Of a DNA stretch of 64,000 bases, positions 58,331 through 64,000 are shown piece by piece. The DNA comes from Paraspadella gotoi (Eukaryota; Animalia; Chaetognatha). The notes under the pieces were generated by a model. The model was not told the origin of the DNA and searched no databases. It worked only from the letters and a program-made list of their open reading frames with translations. Within the stretch, counting starts at the first letter, position 1. The number at the start of each line of letters is the position of its first letter. The stretch is taken from positions 18,695,439-18,759,438 of the forward strand of contig CM119267.1 in the NCBI GenBank assembly GCA_051294375.1, in the 5' to 3' direction. The translations under genes were made by a program, and so were the position numbers.

Positions 58331-59804
58331 AAGAGAGAGAGATAGAAAGAGAGAGAGAGGAAAAATGTGAGGTTGCCACGAGACGACGGTACGTAAGATT
58401 CAAAATAACGACGGCTGAGAAGCAGCCAAGTTCAACGCTCAGAGGTAAGGTTGTAAAGGTTAAAGGTTAACGGTGAAAGTTGAAGGTTTCCGGTTTTAGG
58501 TTTAAGATTTAGAGGGAATCTTCCGTCGAAAGGGTCATAAGATATTCTTTGTCGTTAGAAATTCAAGGCTTTCAGGTTAAAAAAAAAAAGTTATATAAAA
58601 TTCTAAAAAAACATTCTCTTCAATCGCGGACGAGATGTCAAAATAAGGGGAAGACTGATTCACGCTTAATAAATTCCGAATTCGGTTTGGAATTTGGTCC
58701 GAATTCCATTGGACCGGAAGGTTGGCGGCGGCTGGGCGGCGCAGCGGCGGCGGCGGGGCGGCGATACGGCGGGGCGGCGGTGGAGAAACGAGCGGGGAAA
58801 GCGGTGGAAAATCATATTGAGCGGAATCGCGAAAAGGAAACGGAAAAATAAGTAGATGATCATCCCCGAAGCTGGTCCGTCCTCGAACCCGAGCTCCTCT
58901 CTCTCTCTCTCTCTCTCTCTCCTCTCTTCTTCTCCTCTCTCTCTCTCTCTACCCTCTCTTTCCTTCACCTCTTTCACTCTTTCTTCTCTCTCTTCTTTTC
59001 CTCTCTTCTTTCTCTCTCTCTCTCTCTCTTCTCTTCTCTCTCTCTGCCTCTCTTCTCTTTCTTCTCCTCTCTTCTCTTTCTCTCTTCTCTCTCTCTCTCT
59101 CTCATTCCTTCTCTTTTCTCTTCTCTCTCTCTTCTCTTCTTCTCTTTCTTTTTTCTCTTTCTCTCCGTCTCTTCTTTTTCTCTCCTTTCTCTCCTCCTCT
59201 TCTCTCCATGTACTCTCTTTTAAACTTCCTCAATTCATCATTTCTCTCTTATAATATTTCAACATAACAGTCTCAAGTATAACTAGTACAGTAATCAACT
59301 AATTAAATCAATTTAAAAAAGAACAACATCATAACTCGATTATAAACATTAATTTTTTTCTTCTAATATCGTATAAATATTCAAAGACAGTTTATTCCCT
59401 GACCGACCCGATTTCATCTGCGAAAACAGACAAACGGAAATATGATTTTAATCCCACGAGTGGACGAAAACAGAACAATTCCTACCATCCTCGTCGTCTC
59501 AAGTGCATTACTCGTTAGCAGAAAATCCGAAAAAGCTCACATACCAATTTTTTCTTCTACAACAAAGTGAACAACTTCACTGCGAAATATCTATGACATC
59601 GAAAATATAAATAAAAAGCCTAAGCTGATTAGGATTTAAGCAAGAAAATACTAAAAAAGCCAAAGTAAACAGCACATAAAGTCGCAATAAAAAGAAACTT
59701 AACAGCCGAAATATCTTGGAAGATGAGGAACATAATTATCTGAAATCGAAGTTAGCGAAAAAGAATATAGTAATTAAAAAAAAAAATATAAATAAGAATA
59801 AAAG

Positions 59805-60713
59805 AAAAATAAATTGTGCGCGAAAAGATGGAATAAGATTACATTCTTTTTGAATGTGGAACTGTAAAAAAAAGACAGAAATGTTATGAATAACAGAGTG
59901 AGAAAGAAAGGTTTAATGAATGGCGAAAAAAAAAACTAAACATTTCAGAAATAGATTTATTCGACCCTCTATAAAAGAAATCAAGTTTTTTGCAACTGTG
60001 CAAAAACATTATGCTTTTCTTAAGGTGATCAAACTGATAATTTCTGACAATCTGTTGTTTAAAATATTTTTTTCATCATTCCCAAAAATTTTAATTGATT
60101 ATTATACTTCATTATATCATTTTTAAATATATTTCAAAGGAAAGCGGCACTGGCCATTGCGGGTGCGAGAACACCAAAAACCTTGCGTTCTGCTTTTTTA
60201 TATCGAACAGTCGACAAACAACACATAAAATGTTTTCGTTCTTTGTTTCTTCCATTCGTCGCCGAAAAAGGNNNNNNNNNNNNNNNNNNNNNNNNNGAAA
60301 AAGAAAATAAATTGTGCGCGAAAAGATGGAATAAGATACAGAAATGGAACTGAAAAAAAAGAAGAAATGTTATGAATAACAAGAGAAGTAAAGGTTAAAA
60401 TTGGGAAAAAACAAACGACAGAAATAGATTACGACCCCAAAAAGAAAATAAGTTTGCAACTGGCAAAAACATATGCTTTTCTTAAGCGTGATAACTGATA
60501 ATTGAAATATGTTGTTTAAATATTTTTTCACATTCCCAACAATTAATTGATTATTATTACTTCAAATACATTTTTTAATATATTTCAAGAAGAGGCACTG
60601 GCCATGTGAGAGAACCAAAAACCTTGGTTCTGCTTTTTTTATACCGAACAGTCTGCCAAAAACAATAAAATGTTTTCGGTTCCTTTGTTTTCTTCCATTC
60701 GTCGGCCGAAAGG
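59805..60713 (+). repeat. About 0.45-kb noisy direct duplication around the 25-N gap at 60272
   Basis: ataaattgtgcgcgaaaagatggaataagat at 59809 and 60307. Confidence 0.9.
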
Positions 60714-61026
60714 GTAAAATCTAAAAAAAAAACTAAAGCTTTTTTTTGCGCCAAAGCAAAAAACCGCTCTTAACTCCGGTTCCAAGAGAAATCTGAGAAA
60801 ATTTGTGTTTCTGGGATAAAAGGTTGAGAATGAGGAAAAAAGAAGGAAAAAATAAGGAGGGATATAAATTTTCCTGGCAACATTAGTAAGTGAGCCAAAT
60901 AGGAAAGATAGAAGGAAAGAAAGACAGAAATAGAGAAACAATAAAAGAGAGACAAAAGGAAAGAAATGAGAAAGATGAAAGGAAACAAAATGTAAAAAAG
61001 ACGAAAGATAAATAATTAAATAATGA

Positions 61027-61074
<48 letters not shown>

Positions 61075-61095
61075 ACAAAAGAAAGACAAAAAGAT

Positions 61096-61162
<67 letters not shown>

Positions 61163-61510
61163 ACGATAGATAAAAAAAAGCAAAGAAAAAAATCAAGAAA
61201 CTATAACAATAACCAAAACAAAAAAAAGAGCATCGCGAGTTCCAAGTTATAATTCAACTGACCCCCATTCTGGTTCAACGTCCAAACATAAACAAACCTG
61301 GGAGACGAAAGAACAAATAATAAATGAAAATAAGATTAAAGAATCATGACGAATCACGGAGGGCCTTGTTTCATTATGACCCCATGTAAAAGATGAGCGA
61401 GAAAGACTTTGTTTTATAACAACACTAGAATAAAAAGAAGAAAACGAAACCAACATAAAAAAATTAATGGAGTTAGAATTCCAGGAAAAAAAATATTATG
61501 GCAGTTTTTA

Positions 61511-61710
61511 GAACCCTGGAATATAATCTATGTCGATCGGCGACGACAACAACAACGACAGAATCTACGACCACAACGATCACGACGAAAAGCAAAACGA
61601 TTGGCAGAGAAAACCTGAACCTCGGAAACCCTATGACATCCGGGTTATCGAAACAAACATTAACAGACCTTACCACCCCGACAGAAAAAAAAACTGGCGC
61701 AACCTGCCAA
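61511..61710 (+). CDS. Thr-rich exon of putative ADAMTS-like gene (acceptor 61485 or 61511)
   Basis: Open frame ...SATTTTTTESTTTTITT...GATCQ; CAA|gtgagt donor in phase 0; followed by a 76-nt intron. Confidence 0.5.
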
Positions 61711-61786
61711 GTGAGTCACTAGCCTAACCTCACCCCCTCTCACCCCTTCCTTCCTTCATTCGACCCCTTACCCCGCGTTTCTCCAG

Positions 61787-61888
61787 GAGCAGCTTCATCG
61801 CTTCCTTCGCGTGGAGACCAGAGGCTTCGATCCAGTCGTTTGGGGTCAGCACACGACCGGCACGGACGGACGAACGGACGGACGGACG
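61787..61888 (+). CDS. 102-nt exon (EQLHRFLRVETRGFDPVVWGQHTTGTDGRTDGRT)
   Basis: tttctccag acceptor, ACG|gtgagt donor, phase 0-0. Confidence 0.6.
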
Positions 61889-62561
61889 GTGAGTGCTCAC
61901 AATTTAACGGATGTGCCGATTTCGTTGTTGTTCGTATGGTTGCATAGGTAGGTCATTGACCGGGGATGAAGGACATTAAATTTTTCTCAGCTCCGACGTT
62001 GTCGATGACGGTCGTTGACGTTGAACGACTCCATGAGTCTCTATTTTTTTTTTTTGGTGTTGTTGACCCCGATGACGCAAGAGGTCATCGTCCTCTTCGT
62101 TAAAACCACTAAACAGATTTGGTCGATGGCCAAGTATTTATTCACGAATCCGGGGCGATTGACCGAACTCAATAGGCAATATATGATTTTTTTTTTCCCC
62201 GAATCGAAAATCGTTACTCTTTCTCCAAACTCATTTTACGTGGTGCTTAATAATCAAAGCCCACATTTGCTCTATTTTCCCAAAGAGACCCATTTCTATT
62301 CCCGACGTACAGAAGAAAAAAACATTAAAATCTAAATCTTTAAAGTCAATGATTAAACAAATCCTTAATCCTAATATTTTACTCATTCTCTAAACCATGT
62401 TCCTTAACCGTAATAATCCCTAATATTTAACTTATTTTGTGACCTTAAAAACTAATCTAATCCTGAACTTAATCGGGAATCGGACGCTTTTGGACAATAT
62501 GCCCCCAAACTCTTGATCCAACTCGCGCCTTACCTTTCTCCTCTGATCTCGCCCCCTCTAG

Positions 62562-62735
62562 GGTAACGCGGCGTCACACGGCGCCGACCGGTTTCGCACC
62601 GTGACGCCGGGATTCACGTGGAAGGTGACGTCATTGACGACGTGTTCGGCGACGTGCGGCGACGGTACACGCGAGACGAAGAGCGCGTGCGTGCGTGCGC
62701 ATGACATGCAGACGGTGGAGGAAAGGTTTTGCGAG
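62562..62735 (+). CDS. Thrombospondin type-1 repeat exon, ADAMTS/ADAMTS-like family
   Basis: FTWKVTSLTTCSATCGDGTRETKSACVRAHDMQTVEERFCE fits the ADAMTS-type TSR pattern W..CS.TCG.G......C.........V....C; ctctag acceptor and GAG|gtaaga donor. Confidence 0.88.
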
Positions 62736-64000
62736 GTAAGAGAGAGAGAGAGAGAGAGAGAGAAACCGGTTAAAAACAGTAGGAAAAAAAAGGCAATTTA
62801 ATATTCAATGGCAAACTCTAAAAACGAATGAATATTCCACGACAGAAGGAAAAAATATGGACGGAGTAAAAAGCAGCGGTAGTGTGAAAGCGAAAGCGAA
62901 CGTTAAAAGTGAAAATACACAAAAATGGTGAGAGTGAAATTTGAGAAACTCGAGGTCAGTGATTTCTGTGTTTGTGTCGACGAAATGTGTGAGAAAGATT
63001 GAGGGTGAAAATGTCGGTGAAATTCGTGAGAGATTTGAAATGCGACATTTTTATCGTGCGAATCGTTGCGGGTGGCCGCGGCGGCGGCGGCGGCGGCGGA
63101 GTAAATAGAAAAACTAAGAGACCACAAGTCACCACCGTAATATCTTAAAATAATTCTTTTAGTCAATTGCTAAACTTGATAATAAAAAAAAAATTTCACC
63201 TATCCAACATTTGAATGGAGATTTCATGAAACACATACAAGCTAAAAGAAAGAAATACTTTTACCGCTAAGATAAAACGACCGACCGACCAAATATTTGC
63301 TCCATGGAATCTTTTCGTCGACGACGACTGATATTCGAGGACTCAAGAATTTATGGAGATAGAAATGAGAAAAAAGGAGGACGAATCTGGTCGGAAGTTG
63401 GATGGCGTGGAATTCGGGGAGAAAGTGTCAACTGTGAATTGTGAAAGTGTGAAAGTGTGAATTGTAAACGGTGAAAGTGAGAGGGAGAAGATGGAGGAAA
63501 AGGTTATAGTAAATATTGTGAGATTTTTAGGAAAGTGTGCGAAGTTGAGAATGGGTTGAGTCAGGAAAAGAGTTCGGTGGTGAACTTTTGTGCAAAGAAA
63601 GGAACGACGTCGATTTTTGTGAGAAAAGTCGGGTTGATGGTAGAAGACGAAAATAAATCTACTGGTGGGGGACGAAGGATAGTGAAAGATAGGGATCAGT
63701 CAGTATGTGTATTGTGTAAATTAAGTACCAAGGTATTAAGGTGAAGATAAGAATGAAGTTCTGAAGTGAATTGAACGTTGACCCCCCCCCAAAAAAAACA
63801 ACAACAACAAAAAAAAAACAAAAAAAAACGGTTAAAAAAATCTTAAATTTAAATATTAAAATATGAATTAAAAATCTATATTTTCAAGTTTGCACCGGTA
63901 AGCATCAGCGGTTTTTTAAAACTTTTCTTCTTCCAAGTTTCTTCGTTTCCAAATTATATTCACAATGTCAATGAGTCAAGAATATAATGAAGGGCTGTGA

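Overview
Eukaryotic (probably invertebrate animal; species not identifiable) draft-assembly window. It is AT-rich, saturated with (GA)n/(GAC)n microsatellites, and has many N-gaps, several about 25 N long. Most ORFs in the supplied track are low-complexity artefacts. Supported content: (1) a minus-strand spliced gene (about 46.0-48.5 kb) for a type II membrane protein with a long N-glycosylated coiled-coil stalk built of 18-residue repeats; (2) plus-strand exons ending in an ADAMTS/ADAMTS-like TSP1 exon at 62562-62735, with mostly phase-compatible low-complexity exons that may extend back to about 15 kb, in which case gene 1 is nested in an intron; (3) a 5'-truncated LINE RT fragment, tRNA-derived SINE-like repeats, a TA-flanked MITE, Helentron/HINE-like ends and several mini-satellites; (4) several indel-rich direct and inverted duplications next to gaps that look like long-read gap-filling artefacts. 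I found no prokaryotic-type system (CRISPR, operon) and no convincing novel system. The best leads are the 18-residue coiled-coil membrane gene and the tRNA-headed repeat cassette.
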